The position numbers and the translations under genes are program-made. A stretch of 61,613 nt of DNA, counting the filler, from Hausera hauseri (lineage: Eukaryota): NCBI GenBank assembly GCA_046269625.1. It is 12 parts of 12 records of this genome, joined end to end, with 100 filler letters (N's around TTAATTAATTAA, not from the genome) between each part and the next. Parts side by side here need not be neighbours in the genome. Positions count along the whole stretch, not along the records: positions 20,398 to 25,760 come from JBJURY010270508.1; positions 25,861 to 29,845 come from JBJURY010838859.1; positions 29,946 to 38,105 come from JBJURY010747653.1; 9 more parts are not named here. One strand, written 5' to 3'. A model generated the notes under the pieces. It had not been told where the DNA came from. It was given only the letters and a program-made list of their open reading frames with translations, and made no database searches. Shown here one piece after another: positions 22,950-37,739 of this stretch; positions within the stretch are counted from its first letter, which is position 1, and each line of letters begins with the position of its first letter.

Positions 22950-25760
22950 CGTGTCAAATTGAGAATCGTTGGGTTGCTCAGCGAGCTTCTAATATGTCGT
23001 CTGGTTGTATGTGGCATGCTCGTCGCTTATTAAAAGCTGTAGGAGCGAGTGTGCATTTTGACACGGTGGGTTTGATCGCCACCTGTTTTGATGTGACATT
23101 CATGATGCATGTAATCAGACACTCTTTCAAGTCTGTAAGGTTTTACTGGAGTAGAGGTATCTTTGATGCACTCCTGGTACGACTCGATACCGGTGCGACA
23201 GGGGTTTTGTTCCGTATTGTCGTACGCTGCATTTCGGGAGGTGCGGGTGTTAGAGTGATATTTGTTCCAGTTTAGACCGGGGTTGGGCCATGTACTACGG
23301 GCGTGTCCATATCGAATGGTTCAATCTTTTCGGAGTTTTCTCGAAGCTTGTCCACTTCTAATATACTTGTCAGTTGTTCGATTGATTCTTCGGTATCTGA
23401 CTTTTGGTAGCCAAATGCGGGTTTTACGTTTGACAAGTGAACTATATGTTCAGCGTTGTCGCGTAATATTTTGACGTTATACTCAGTAATTTCTATGAGC
23501 TTGTAGGGACCCGTGTAGTATGGTTCAAACTTGTGTCTTTGTTGGCTCTTCAGCCAGATAAAGGATGCTTCTTGTAGATTCTTTGGCACAAGTGGTTTTT
23601 GCGATTGTTGTGGAATGCAGGGTTCGTGTCTATTGATAGGAAATGCCTCCGAGCTTGATTAAGAGAGGGATAGAAGTTACTTCCTCATTGCTCACCAGAT
23701 CTTGAGGGAATGTGAAGTGGACAGAATAATAGCTGTGTCGAAGAGGTATCAGTACTAGTGTTGGGAGTGTTTCTCCAACCCAGTAGCACGATTGGTAGCG
23801 CATCCAGCCAGTTTTTGTTGTCGTGACATAGGATACTTAAAAGTGATTTGAGTGTACGATGAAATCGTTCAATCAAACCGTTCGTCTTTGGATGGCAGGG
23901 CGATGTATGTATGTGCTTAGCACCAAGCGATTTTGTTAATTGGTTAAATATAGCTGATTCGAATTGAGTACCTTGATTTGTTATAATGTTTTTAGGTACT
24001 TCAAACCGAAAAATCCATGTATTAGGTAATACAGCCAAAACGCTTTGCGTTGTTATTTGGCGGATTGGAGTGGCTTCGGGCCATCTTGTTTTCCGATCAA
24101 TAATGGTTAGGATGTATTGATATCCGTTACATTGGGGAAGTGGTCCTAGATTATCCATATGGATGATCTCAAACCGTGAACCTGTAGGATACTGTAGGAT
24201 TGGTGGTTGTATAGTCTTGTTGACTTTATACTGTTGGCAAAGTAAACATTCTTTTGTCCAACGCTTTATGTCGCTTAGCATGCGAGGCCAACATACTCTA
24301 CTGCTTAATAGGTGAGGTATGGCTTTTGATCCAGGGTAATGAATGTAGTAAATGGTGTCAAATGCCTGTTTCTGCAGGTTTGCTTCCAGAATGGGGTGTG
24401 GACAACCACTGAGGATGGTATTGTAGTGTTTTTAATCCGTTATGTCTACTGGTTTGAAGAACGTAACATCATCATCATGTGGAGGGTTCGATTGGAGAAC
24501 CTCTTCCGTGAAAATTGGGTCGAAGAATATTGTTGATATCGCGGTTCTGGAAATGTCAGCGACTGTGTTATCATTTCCAGTTATATGTTCTATCTGGAAT
24601 GAGAATTCCTACAGAAATAAAATGTACCGCTCTTTACGAGGCGATGGGTTTTTCATACTCATAATGTGAATGAATGGTTAGTGATCCGTGCGGATTGTGA
24701 GCATATTTCTTTCGAAGAAATGTCTGAAGTGTTTGAGACTGAAAATTATGGCTAATAATTCTCGGTCGAAAGTTGAGTAGCGTTACTCAGCCAAATTAAA
24801 TTTGTCGCAGCATTTTTGCCATCGATTGATTGGCAAGCATAGCGCCTAAAACGATTGTGGATGCATCTGTTGTTAACATAAGTTGTGTATCTCATTTAGG
24901 ATAGTGTAGTGTAGGTATGTGAAAAGAACCATTTTTGCATTGGAAGATGCCTGTTAGGCCTCATCTGTCCAGTTTACCTGGGATTTTTTTTGTCCTTGGC
25001 TCAGAGCAGATAGAGGTGACAGGATTTCCGAGCAGTGCGAAAGTAGCGATGGCAGAAATTGATTGTGCCAATGACGCTGCGTAGTCTAGTCACGGCGGAC
25101 GGCTTCAGTGTTTGATTTATGGCCTCTAGCAGCTCAGGAAGAGGACCTTGACCATGCGGTGTGAACTGAAATCCGGAAAACACGGCTTCTGTTTTAAAGA
25201 ATGAACATTTGTTTATGCTCACCTGTAGGTTGTTTTCATTAAACCTATGAAACACATGTTCGAGATGTGTTTTGTCAGTCGCTTCATCAGTCGATGCTAT
25301 GAGTATGGCATAAAGCATATCGACGAGGACTTGGTTTATGTGGCGTTGGAATGTTTGACTTACATTCAGTAAGCCGAATGACATGTGTAGATACTCAAAC
25401 AAACCAAAATGCGTTATTACGGCCGTTTTTTGGGATGTCTTTGGTAGAAACTGGGACCCCGTTTCCACATCGATTCTGCTGAATATTGTGGTACCATGTA
25501 GGCGATGTAGTATGTCGGTTACCAACGTACTGGTTATGAATCGTGGACGATGACGTTATTTAACATTCTGTAGTTACCACAGTGCTTGTATGAACCGTCT
25601 TTTTTGAGTACTATATGCAGTGGTAATGACCATATCGATGTATGCCAGCTTCTTCGAGGTGTCGAAATTCGGCTTCTTCGGCAGCTCGTTTGACAGGGTA
25701 GGTACTCGAACAAACCAAAAGGCGTTATTACGGCCGTTTTTGGAATGTCTTCGGTAGCTA
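22950..25760 (-). mobile_element. Degenerate Gypsy (CsRn1-like) pol: RT-RNaseH-integrase
   Basis: KTAVITHFGLFEY, YSTFDRELLA, LTIIDRKTRWPEATP, QGTQFES, NGLIERFHRTLK and YTGPYK motifs; many stops. Confidence 0.92.
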
Positions 25761-25860
25761 NNNNNNNNNNNNNNNNNNNNNNNNNNNNNNNNNNNNNNNN
25801 NNNNTTAATTAATTAANNNNNNNNNNNNNNNNNNNNNNNNNNNNNNNNNNNNNNNNNNNN

Positions 25861-28470
25861 ATTCCGGTGGCACCCGAAGACATAGAAAAAACCGCTGTCA
25901 CTACTTCTTTTGGCCTCTACGAGTACCTGTTTGTGCCATTCGATTTACAAAATGCCGCCCAGACTTTCCAGCGACAATTCGACTCAATTCTCTCAGATTT
26001 CCCGTTTGCGCATCCTTACATTGATGATATTCTGATCGTTTCATTTTTTATCAAACAACATGAGGAACACCAATAAGGCACAATATTCCAATGCCTTAAC
26101 CACCATAATTTCCATGTCAATTTCGACAAATGTCATTTTTTCAAAAAACACATCAACTTTTTGGGCCACGTTATTTCACCAGATGCCACTCTCCTCAACT
26201 AGACCGAGTTGAAGCACTGAAAAATATTGAATTGCCACGTAAGACCACCGAATGCGAAGCTTCCTCGGTACACTACACTTTGTATATAATTATGTACCAT
26301 ATTTCTCCGAATTGACAGCACCATTTGCACACTTAAGCGGTGTCAAAAAACATCAACCAATCCAGTGGACAACTGAGTTGGTAGACAAATTTGATAAGTT
26401 ACGCAAAGGAATTAAGACCGTCGACATTCTCGCTTTCCCAAGCCTGATTCAGAACTTATCCTTATTACAGACGCTTCAACCACTGCAGCAGGTGCTGTAC
26501 TCCACCATATCTACAAAGGAGAAAATCAACTGCTAGAATTTTTCTCTCGCAAGTTAACTTCCCCTAAAACCAGATACTCAACGTTCAATACAGAGTTATT
26601 GACTATCGTTCTTGTTTTAAAGCATTTCTCCCACCTACTTGTCGCTCGCCATTTTACTATACAAACCGATTACAAACCCTTACTTAACATCATGGCTATG
26701 AAACATCCTTCCACACGCCAAGAACGACAGATATCATACTTGTCTACATTTAACTTCGATATAAAACATATTAATGGGGTCAATAATTTAGTTGCCGATT
26801 TTTTATCTAGGTCGGTTAGTTCGACTAATTTTTCACCGATTTTTACGCAAGCTCAACTTTAACAGAACCAGCCACCTCAAGACATGCTTAATTCTTCCAA
26901 GTCTTGAACAATTGGTGACGGTGTAGCTTTAGACACTTCCAAACCAGGTTATTCCATAATAATTCTAGTACCATCATTGCGAAGGCAAGCGTTTAATAGC
27001 GTATATTCGCTACACCACCCTGGTGCAAAAGCCACTTTTCGTCTACTCCATCGACAAGTAATTTGGCCGTCAATGCGTTCTGATGTGCAGGCATGGGTTA
27101 ACGAGTTTGGGGCTTGCCAAAAATACAAAACAACTAAGCATTTAAAGCCACCACTGTTCCACTTGCCCTGCACATCGCGTTTCGAGTTTATGCATATCTA
27201 CATTGTTGGCCCTCTTCCTACAGACAACGGTCATTAATTCATTCTCACCATGATGGACCGTTCCTCGCTATGGCCAGAAGCCATCCCTCTGCGGAGCACA
27301 AACACCGATACCATAGCTGACGTTTTTATTCGTACATGGATTAGCAGGTTTGTATCATCTCGTTTCATCATCACGGACCAGAGTCCACAGTTTGAATCCA
27401 GTTTGTTCAAATCCCTTGTTAACCGATTGGAAATCCATCACATACATACTACGCCTTATCACCCCTAATCGAATAGCCTTCTAGAACATTTCCACCGAAC
27501 GTTAAAAACGTCACTTAAAATTTTGGCAGAGTCCAACACTGGTTTGGCGAATTATCTTCCGTTGTTTTACTCGGCTGGTGGAACACTCCGTCCACTTCTA
27601 TAGGATGCTCACCTAATTAAGCCTTATTCGGAGCTCCTGTACGAGCATTATTCGAACTAACCGCTCTAGACGACACTCCAACGAACGAGACGATATGGGC
27701 GGCGCAAAATCACTTTGTCGAGGTCAGCAAAGATTCGTTCTACAGACTACTTCACAAAGACAAAACATACATAACCGTAGATTTGTATTAGGCAAAATTC
27801 GTATGGCTAAAGAATCAAGAGCATTGGGGTTTTCAACCATGGTACCTGGGTTCCTATAAACTGATACAGCTGCACTCACTCAACGCCATTATCTCTAAAG
27901 ATGGAAAAGAACATACAGTACATATTATCAACTTAAAGCCCGCTTTCTTCGCCGACGACACCTTACCAGCCGACACGTCAATCTCTTTTCTCACTCATAC
28001 ACTCCCTGTTATTCCTATATCTATTGCTACATCCGTTCCATCTTCCCCTTTTGCTTCTAGTCATGCTCCATTATTTTCTACACTTTCTACTCCTATTCCT
28101 ACCACTCCCTCTGTTTCACCTTCCACTTCCACTCTTTCGTCTAACACAGTACCAATCTTTACATCAACTTTCGTCTCTCCTACTTCACTCGCTACTTCAA
28201 TTTTGGTCATTCCTTCGTATTCTACAACTTTCTTCAATACCTTTAATCATCCGTCTTCAACAATCTCTCCTCCTCCTTTACCCTCTTCTTCTCTTTATTC
28301 CGACTCATCTTTGCAGGACATAACACCTACACCAAAATCTAACAATTTTTCCGCAACCTCAATCTCTACAAACAAACACATCGCATAAAGACAAAACACG
28401 CAGAGTCACATTCAGCAAGTATTGCAGGGTAAAATCAATAGAAGGTACCCAGCGTCTTACCCACACTAAG
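25861..28470 (+). mobile_element. Degenerate Gypsy (CsRn1-like) pol with Ser/Pro-rich integrase tail
   Basis: DIEKTAVTTSFGLYEY, YIDDILI, TDYKPL, HPGAKAT and WPEAIPL motifs. Confidence 0.92.
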
Positions 28471-28540
28471 CTCAACTGACACAGATATTTTCGTTTGATA
28501 TTTTTTTCTCAGTCCTCTTACTCTTCATAGTTTTCAATTT

Positions 28541-28665
28541 GCCACGGGGGGTGATGAGGTGCCCACAGCGACCGGCGTCCTCTGACCCATTTGGTTGGGC
28601 ACGGTCGGGCCTCCGTTGCCGCCTCATTGGGCCCATAGGCAGGTCCCGATCTCTCGCCTCGAAAC
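28541..28665 (+). mobile_element. PPT (GCCACGGGGGGTGA) and start of 3' LTR, truncated
   Basis: G-run follows the pol end; the LTR begins TGAGGTGCCC at 28555; the same PPT/LTR start occurs at 61043-61060 on the minus strand. Confidence 0.8.
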
Positions 28666-28689
28666 GGCAGAATATTATCGCGACACTAA

Positions 28690-29060
28690 ACAATAATAGC
28701 CTTGTTAAAGTTTACAAAGCCTATGATAAGCAAAATAATAAACCATTAATAATGAAGGAGTACATAATTTCATTAAAAAAACCGTAGTATAACAAAATCG
28801 AAGTTATTTGGCAAGGAACTCATGTCGTTTTGGAAGCTTCAAGATTCTGATGTTCAACGCTCTAAAATTGTTCAGTTGTACGGCATGTACGCTCATGGTA
28901 GCAAATTTATTTTGGCATGGAACATACGAAAGAAACTTTACGCGATTTCGTCAATCGTAGCGTGTTTCTCAATGATGATGTTGTGACCAGTTTTACTCAT
29001 TAAATACCTGAGGGTTTAGTTTATTTACAAAAAAGGAAAATTCTCCATCGCAACTATTCG
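28690..29060 (+). pseudogene. Ser/Thr protein kinase fragment
   Basis: VKVYKAYDKQNNKPLIMK...KIVQLYG...MEHTKETLRDFV...GLVYLQKRKILHRN; stops and frameshifts. Confidence 0.7.
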
Positions 29061-29945
29061 ACTGGTATATTTCTCAGCTTGAAAGTTTTACCGATATTTT
29101 AACGACTTTAAAAAATGGAATCAAAAAATAAAGAACTCTCTGAAAAACAAAAAATTCTGTTTTTTATTTAACTTCTTTGTATTATTTAAAAAGGAATTCA
29201 TCCATACCAATATCTAAGATTGATAAGTCTAACAAAATCGAATATGGATATAAAATTCAGTTGTCCGTTGAAGTTTGTAATTAATTCGATTCGGTAGAAA
29301 ATCTTAATAATGTAGATGAGAAGGCGAAAAGCAACGACATTATTTCGGACATAAAGGCTAAAAATACTCAGGTGACGAAAGCCATTTGGAAACTGAAAAA
29401 TATTTGTACAAAATGAACCACTAAAGAACATGATACCTAAACGTGTCTAATAAACAAATGTATTATGAGGAAGCATGTCAACATCTTTCGAATCATCAGG
29501 ACCAATACATTGAGGACACCAAATCAATTCAAGCAAATTTAAAATCTTTTATTTCGGTGGACAATTTAACCATAAAAGTAAACTACTGAAAATTTGGAAT
29601 CGATTCTCAATTAGACTTATAACTGTTACAAATTTCTTTAATCGAAAATCAGTTACCAGGAACCATCAAATTAATCACTGAAAATTACAGGTTATTTATC
29701 GAAAATAAATAAAAAAAGAAAACCGAAATTCCACCTCACGAAAATAATTGCGAAATATGAGAAGACTTGCCCGGAGGTTGCTTTTTAATTGCGGAAATTG
29801 CCCAACTTTTCAGCCAAAACTGTGTGAAATATATAAATAACATTANNNNNNNNNNNNNNNNNNNNNNNNNNNNNNNNNNNNNNNNNNNNTTAATTAATTA
29901 ANNNNNNNNNNNNNNNNNNNNNNNNNNNNNNNNNNNNNNNNNNNN

Positions 29946-32900
29946 AGAACGGGAGAGAAAGAAACGAGTTCGGACAGATACGGAAGCTGAGGGACGTGAA
30001 GAAGAAGAGGAAGAGGAAATTAAACCGCCAGCTGCGTTGGATATTTGTGCACAAACCATTAATCAGTTGAAAGATTTTAAGGACAAAATTCCAGTCATTG
30101 CCTGCCTATGTAGACCTGGTATTAGAAAGCGTCACTGGGATAAAATGTCCAGTATAGCTGGCCGTGATTTAACGCCTGACAGTGGAACTACACTGGTGAA
30201 AGTTTTGGCAATAAAATTAGATGCGTATATGGAAGAATTCAACCAAATACCTGCATCTGCGAGCCGAGAATTTACTCTGGAAATGAACATAAAGAAAATG
30301 CGTGATGATTGGGAAACGATAGCTTTTAATTTAACGGCTTATCGAGACAGTGGAATTAGTATTCTTGCATCCGTTGACGATATTCAACAAGTACTTGATG
30401 ATCAAATTGTTAAAACGCAGACGATGAGAGGATCGCCGTTTATCAAACCAGTTGAAAAAGAAATCAAGCAATGGGAAGATAAACTTCTGCATACACAAGA
30501 AACGATTGACCAGTGGTTGAAGATGCAAGCGCAGTGGCTTTATTTGGAACCAATATTCAGCAGTGAAGATATAATGCAACAGATGCCAGAGGAAGGTAAA
30601 TTATTTCGGGCTGTCGACAAAAATTGGAATGACAATGCGAAATGCCGTGCGTGGTCAGAATGTGTTAAAGGCAACTGATTTTCCAGTAATTCTGTAAAGA
30701 CTTAAAGAAAGTAATGGTCTTTTGGAGAAAATAATTAAAGGTCTCAATGCATATTTGGAAAAGAAACGATTGTTTTTCCCATGATTTTTCTATTTGTAAA
30801 ACGACAAAATGCTAGAAATATTATCAGAAACGAAGGATTCATCAAGAGTTCAACCGCATTTAAAAAAGTGTTTCGAAGGAATTGCCAAATTTGAGTTAAA
30901 ATTTAGCCAGACTATATCAACTTCAGAAGCTCGAGGTGCGGTTGAAAAATGGCTACTTCAAGTCCAAGATATCATGCTTATGTCAATGAGAGATGTTATT
31001 TTGGCTTCGAGAGAAGCGTATGTGATGGAAGCTCGGGAAGACTAGGTAATAGAATGGCCCGGACAAGTTGTTCTTTGCGTTTCACAAATCCTTTGGCCTA
31101 TAGTAGTTTATGACGTATTAGAATCGGGTGTCTGTGGTCTCAAATTGTACCATGAGAAGTGCAACACACAAATAGGCGAAATAGTCAAGTCGGTTCGGGA
31201 AAAATTGAATGCTCAACAACGAATAGCACATGGTGCTCTTCTTGTTATTGATATTCATGCTCGGGACGTTGAAGATATATTTGAAAAGTCGGTCGAAACC
31301 GAAAATGATTTCAATTGGCTATCACAACTCCGTTATGATTGAGAAGAAAACTGTTTGCTAAGATTGACGAACGCCGCTGCTCGATACGCATACGAATATC
31401 TCGGAAATACCAGTTGATTTGTTATAACGCCCCCTACAGATCGATGCTACCGAACACTTATCGGTGCATATCATCTCAATTTGAACTGTGTATCTGAAGG
31501 TCCTGTAGGGACTGGAAAGACAGAGACGACAAAACATTTAGCCAAAACCTTGGCAGTTCAATGTGTGGTATTTAACTGTTCAGATGGATTGGATTACATC
31601 GCCATGGGCAAGTTTTTGAAAGGTTTTGCTTCAGCTGGTGCTTGAGCGTGTTTCGATGAGTTCAATAGAATGGAATTAGAAGTTTTGAGTGTGGTTGCGC
31701 AACAGATTTTGTGTATTGTACGTGCTATTCAAAGTTACGTCGAAACGTTTATTTTTTAAGGCACCGAGCTACGATTAAATCCAAGTTGTTATGTATGTAT
31801 TATCATGAATCCTGCTTATGCTGGAAGATCCGAATTACCAGATAACCTGAAGGTTCAGTTTCGTCCAGTAGCCATTATGGTTCCGGATTATGTAATGATC
31901 GGAGAAATATCGCCTTATTCCTTTGGTTTTATGGATGCTCGTAGTTGGGCCGTTAAAATAGCCACGACATACAGATTATGTTCGGAACAGTTGTCATCTC
32001 AGTTCCATTATGATTACAGGATGCGAGCAGTCAAAGCTATACTATCCGCTGCCAGGAATTTAAAATTAAAATTTCAAAATAAAGATGAAAACATTATATT
32101 TCTCCGATTAATTTTAGACGTTAATCGTCTAAAATTTCTATTCCATTACAGACCTCTATTTTGAGGAATCATCTTCAATTTGTTCCCCAGTGTGATTCTG
32201 CCACAAGCCGACTACACGAGTTTTCTAAAAGCAGTTACCGATGTTTGTGAAAAATGAAACCTACAAGCAGTTGAATTCTTAACGGAGAAAATAATTCAGA
32301 GTTACGAAATTATGATTGTTCGACATGGTTTCATGTTAGTCGGAGAGCCTTTTGGCGGTAAAACAAATGTTCTTCATGTTTTGGCAGAAGCGATGACAAA
32401 GCTAAACGAAGAGGGTCATGAAGAATCTGAGAAAGGTTTCTACAAAACTATAAATCCGAAATTGATAACGATGGATCAACTATTCGGTCAGTTTGATTCC
32501 GTGTCTCATGAGTGGACAGATGGAATTACCGCTAACACGTTTCGTGACTTGGCATCGAACGATGAGCCAGATAGTAATGGGTAATTTTTGACGGTCCCAT
32601 CGACACTGGATCGAGAACATGAACACTATGTTAGATGACAACAAAAAACTTTGTCTCATGAGTGGTGAGATCATTCAGATGTCAAAAGTTATGAGTCTAA
32701 TATTTGAAACCATCGATCTGACAGGCATCTCCTGCAACTGTGTCACGCTGTGCAATGATTTGCCTTCAGCCATCTTCTTTGAGCTGGAGGCCTCTATTTA
32801 AATCCTGGCTAAAACGTCAACTCGATGTTTAAAAAAGACAACAGAATTGAAATTATGGACATTTTGTTTGACTGTGGTGTTTATGAATGTATTCGTTTTG

Positions 32901-33640
32901 TTCAAAAAAGCTGCAAAGATGTAATACCTTTTAGCATAATAAATCTGGTTAGAAACCTCATGAACCTGATTGATATGTTAATGGATCCTCATTTAACAAA
33001 AAGTGATATTGAGGAAAATCGTCATTTAAAAACATAGGTCCAATGTTCATGGTTATTTTCAATGCCTTGGTCAGTCGGTGGTGTTCTGGATTTTGATTCA
33101 CGACTAAAATGTGACATATTCTTTCGGGATTTGGTTACAGGACGAAATGAAGAATTTCCGACCCCCAAAGAAATCAATAGATTTGAAACCCCGTTCCAAG
33201 AAAGTGGACTAGTGTATGACTGCTTTTTTGAACTGAAAGCTCGTGGCTATTGGAGACATTTGAACGATTTAAATCGTGGCTCTGCAAAATTTGGAGGAAG
33301 AAGTATCCGAGAAATTCTTGTGCCAACAATGGATACAGCTAGATATAAATATATGATTGAAATGTGCATTTGGTTCAAACAACCATTGATGTTCATGGCC
33401 CCGCAGGTACAGGGAAATCCGTTTATACTAGAGATAAGCTCATGAATGAATTGGAAGCTGATAAGTACATCACGTCATTTGTATACATAAAATAATAATA
33501 ATACATTCAAGTAATACATCAAATACATTTGTCATTTTTTTTGGTTCAGACCAGTGCTAATCAAACTCAGCAAATTATTATGTCAAGATTGGACAGAAGG
33601 AGAAAAGGTGTTTTCGGACCTCCGGATTTATAGGCAGAAT
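29946..33640 (+). pseudogene. DNAH12: Axonemal inner-arm dynein heavy chain (DNAH12/7/3-type) pseudogene, linker to AAA3
   Basis: [69 protein letters not shown] and [13 protein letters not shown]; numerous stops and frameshifts; no clear introns. Confidence 0.9.
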
Positions 33641-34779
33641 TTCCAGAAGACAGTGACTTAGAGTACGACATGTTTCTGTCTCCATTTCAATCACGGACCA
33701 GCAAGACAACAAAAAGAAAGAAAACAAGAAGCAATAATATTTATATTTCCCATCCTCCAACTGCATCACCGTTTAAAGATTGTAATATGGCGTGCAAAAA
33801 TCTAATTGAAAAATCTGTTATAATAAGTGTTACATTAATCGATAAAAATTTTTCATATCTCGATGTCGAATACGATTCGATCGATCGTTATATTGATGCC
33901 GAGTTCGGCGATCTCACAACTCAATCTAGCATTGTGTTCTATGTCGTCAGATTCACAAAACCTTCTTTTGATTTTAAATCCTGTGGAAATTCATGTAAAA
34001 AGTCAGGAAAAAATTTATATAGTTGATCCTAGTCTTATTAATGTTTTTTATGATGATGAAACCTTTTCCAGATTATCATTTCTGGATATTCGTTTGCTCG
34101 TGAATATTCTTCCATCTTTGCAAAGTCAAACAATTCCCTTGACAAATGTCGCACAACGGTCTGGCAAAACGAAGTGCCAGTGGACCTCAATTTCTGATGA
34201 AAGTCAAACAAATAGTGACGCCGAGAACGTCAACCTAACACAAGCTAGTAATAAAAGGAAAGACAAAACTAAATCAGCTTGGATGGCATCCACCGCGGGT
34301 CTTTCGGAATCGGATTACACTGCTGAGTTGTCTTATCTCATTGTTAGAATAGCACCGGAATATCCCGAAATTGTCATAGATGATACAACTATTATAAATA
34401 ATGAATGACAAGATGTTCAGATCAGCCATTACAACTCAGGGATTTTGGGCACGTCCGCGTCCCCGGTAACACTACCATAACATGACACTTACCCTATTCT
34501 CCTTTTTTTCAAAATCGACATATCCACACATTACACACACACTAAGACAACAGTTGCAGATTTGTCTGCAGAGCTTTATTAAGCACAAACGGATACCATC
34601 TACATTATTCTGATCTAATATCATCTTTTTTATCTCCACCTTCATCGCTAATAATTACTTTATGTCCTCGCCTATTCGGTGGTTCCAACACCAAATCATC
34701 ATTAAACGATTCTCAGGAACTCACTGATATTCCCACCATACAGGTTCCTCTCAAACAGTCTATTTTAGTTCTATCTGCA

Positions 34780-37690
34780 GAATCCTCGTTAGTCAATTTG
34801 CCTTGCGTTGATTATTTTACCGACAAACAACATTCCAGTCGCACATGGCTGCAATTCCATGCACAATGGCTAAGATCAAATAAGATCACTTACCCTTTTA
34901 CCACCCAGTCTTAAATCACTACTTCCATACCTTTCTGAAATTTTTCAAACCGTAGACCCATATGAATCACTCTTTAATGCCGTTTCAAAACTCATGAGCC
35001 TTCTCTGAATGACATTGTCCAGAAATATTTCAATGACAACACCACAGGCACATTAAGACCCTCCGAATTTTTGCAAACCTCTTTAACCCCATCAAACAAG
35101 TTAGGAATAAATCAGACAAAGAATGCCGATTTCTTGCGTAGGTATTACCTTCAATCGTTGCCGAAGAAATCGCGCATTATTAACCGTCGTTGAAGTTACC
35201 ACAACGCTAGAAAAACTAGCACAGCTGGCTGATGAAAGCTACGAAATATTAAATGCACACAATACGCCAATTGTTGCAGCCACATTACAACGGTTTATAA
35301 CACAACCTAATGCAGAAATCTGCATTGAATAACCAAATAAACGTTCTCGGCGCTGAAAAAAACTGCAATACACCAAGCAATTTCCGCTTTCACATCTAAA
35401 CTAGACAATCTATCCATGCCCGGACGAAATCGATTCACAACTGATCGTAACCGTGCTTCATCGCATAATTCGAGATCCGCTAGGTCCCCTAATTGACCTA
35501 TGGTGTACTATTATCACACCAAATGCAAAAACCAATCCAACAAATGTATCTACCACGATAGGTTCAGCAATAAAGCTCGAAACTGTATCAACGGTTGTAC
35601 GTTTTCCAATCGACCTAACAAATTCCATAGTATTTCTCCCGACTCACCAAATCCTTCTATCCAAAAAAACTGGTAAAGCTGCCAGATGTTCCGATGCATT
35701 CTGGCAAAGGCTACCATCGTCATTGTAACAGCCGTACGAATGCTGTGTTTGCATTAAATGCTTTTCTTTACACCAAGCCTAAACAACCAATCAACTTTCT
35801 AATAGATTCCGGAGCAGCAGCATCGCTTCTACCAATGTCCACCAAAATATCAGTTACTTCACCGACTTCAGCTGAACTGTATACAGCTAACGGTCAAGCT
35901 TTAAGTGTATTCGGCACGTCCAAGATTTCATTCACATTGCCACCATTCTCTGACATTTTCAATTGGACTTTCATCTTTGCCGACACACAATCTCCAATAC
36001 TTGGCTATGATTTACTATCTTTCTACAACCCCCTTGTAGATTGTAGACAACGTTGGATCATTGAAAGCAGCTCAACAAATCCAACTTCTACAAATAACTT
36101 ACAGGTCACGCAGCCTATCTCGCTCATAAAATCGATATTAAAGAAACCATCAGCCAACGTAAATAAAAACCTTATTAATACCAATATAAATAATCTTACG
36201 TTTTTGTTAAAGTGCGATAATAAAGGAACAAGAAGTGTTGACAAAGACGATTTAGGCGACTCAATTTCTCACGTTTCTCGAACTAAATCCAATCAGTACA
36301 CTGCCACAACAGCCTTTGCTACGCTTAGTCAAGAATTGCAACAATATTTAATCAAGTCTTGTTTTCATACAATAGAAAAGACCCAGCGTTTCGACCAGCT
36401 GACACAACGTTCCATCACATAATCACAAAAAATCCTAGGCCCGTTAGGCAAAATCTCCGCCCACTTTTACCACGCCGTCGACAGGCAGTCCAAGAGGAAT
36501 TCTCTGCACTCGAGCAAGCTGGCACAATAAAGTGCTCAAAATCACCTTGGGCATCACCACTTCACGTCGTTCCAAAAAAGATGACACATTCCGTTCATGC
36601 GGCGACTATCGCCAACTTAATAATGTCACTAGCATGGATGCTTATCCTCTACCCTTCATTAAGGATATATTGCATTCTTTACACAAGACCGCAATTTATT
36701 CCACTATAGATCTTGAAAAAGCCTACCACCAAATACCGGTAGCACCCGATGACAACCAAAACACGGCCATAATAACACCTTGTGGTTATTTTGAATATGC
36801 ATTTATGCCGTTCGGTTTAAAAAACGAAGCACACATTTTCAACGGCACATTGATTTAGTCTTATCAGGCTTGCCATTTGTATATCCATATATCGATGATA
36901 TTCTAGTTGCATCGACATCATCAAAACAACATAAAGAACATCTCAGATTAGTTTTCCAAAGCTTACACAACTACAATTTGCAAGTCAACTAATTCTAAGT
37001 GTTTTTTCTTTCAAAAAAGGTTAATTTTCCTTGCCCACATCATCACACCTGACGGTCACAGTCCACAGCCTAATAGAATTCGCCAGGTACAAAACATTGA
37101 GCTACTAAAAACCACTACTGACATGCGTAGTATTTTCGTGACGTTACATTCTGTTCATAAATACGTCCCACACTGTAGCCAGTGAACTGCCCCTTTTGCT
37201 CAACTAGGAGCAGGGCCGAAGAAAAAGATTATATATTGGACGCTAGAACTTGTAAATCAGTTTGACGAACTCCACAACAAGCTCAAAACAGTTGAAATCT
37301 TAGCTTACCTAAAATCTGATGCCGACCTTATTTTCACAACCAATGAATCAAGCACAGCGGCAAAAGCGGTTCTTCACCAAATATCTCAAGGTATAAATGA
37401 GCTGTTAGAATTCTTTACACGTACGCTTTAACAACAAGAACGCCGTTATTTCATCTTCGATAGAGAACTTTTGGCCATTGTTTTATCTATGAAATATTTT
37501 CACACTTACTTATCGCTCGTTTCTTCACCATTCAAACGGACCACAAACCTCTAGTTCACGTAATGAACATGAAACAACCATCACTTCGACAAGACTGCCA
37601 TATCTCATACCTGTCAACATTCAACTTTAAAATTGCCATATATCTGGTACGGATAATTTAATAGCTGATTTCTTATTGCGGTCAGTCGAC
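34780..37690 (+). mobile_element. Degenerate CsRn1-clade Gypsy gag-pol (gag, protease, RT, RNase H)
   Basis: Gag CHCC motif CIYHDRFSNKARNCINGC, protease FLIDSGA, SPWASPLHVVPKK, DLEKAYHQIP, YIDDIL and TDHKPL. Confidence 0.9.
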
Positions 37691-37739
37691 ATCAGGACTA
37701 AAACGCATAGCAGCAGCAGTCGATGCTGCATCAGAAAGC

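Noticed and set aside
28024-28323. Leu-rich membrane protein ORF
   Set aside because: Off-frame reading of the Ser/Pro-rich integrase tail
33670-34408. Two overlapping ORFs after the dynein pseudogene
   Set aside because: No recognisable motif; cannot support a product call
35228-35255. CTGATGA...GAAA hammerhead-like match
   Set aside because: No stem II pairing, and it lies within gag coding sequence
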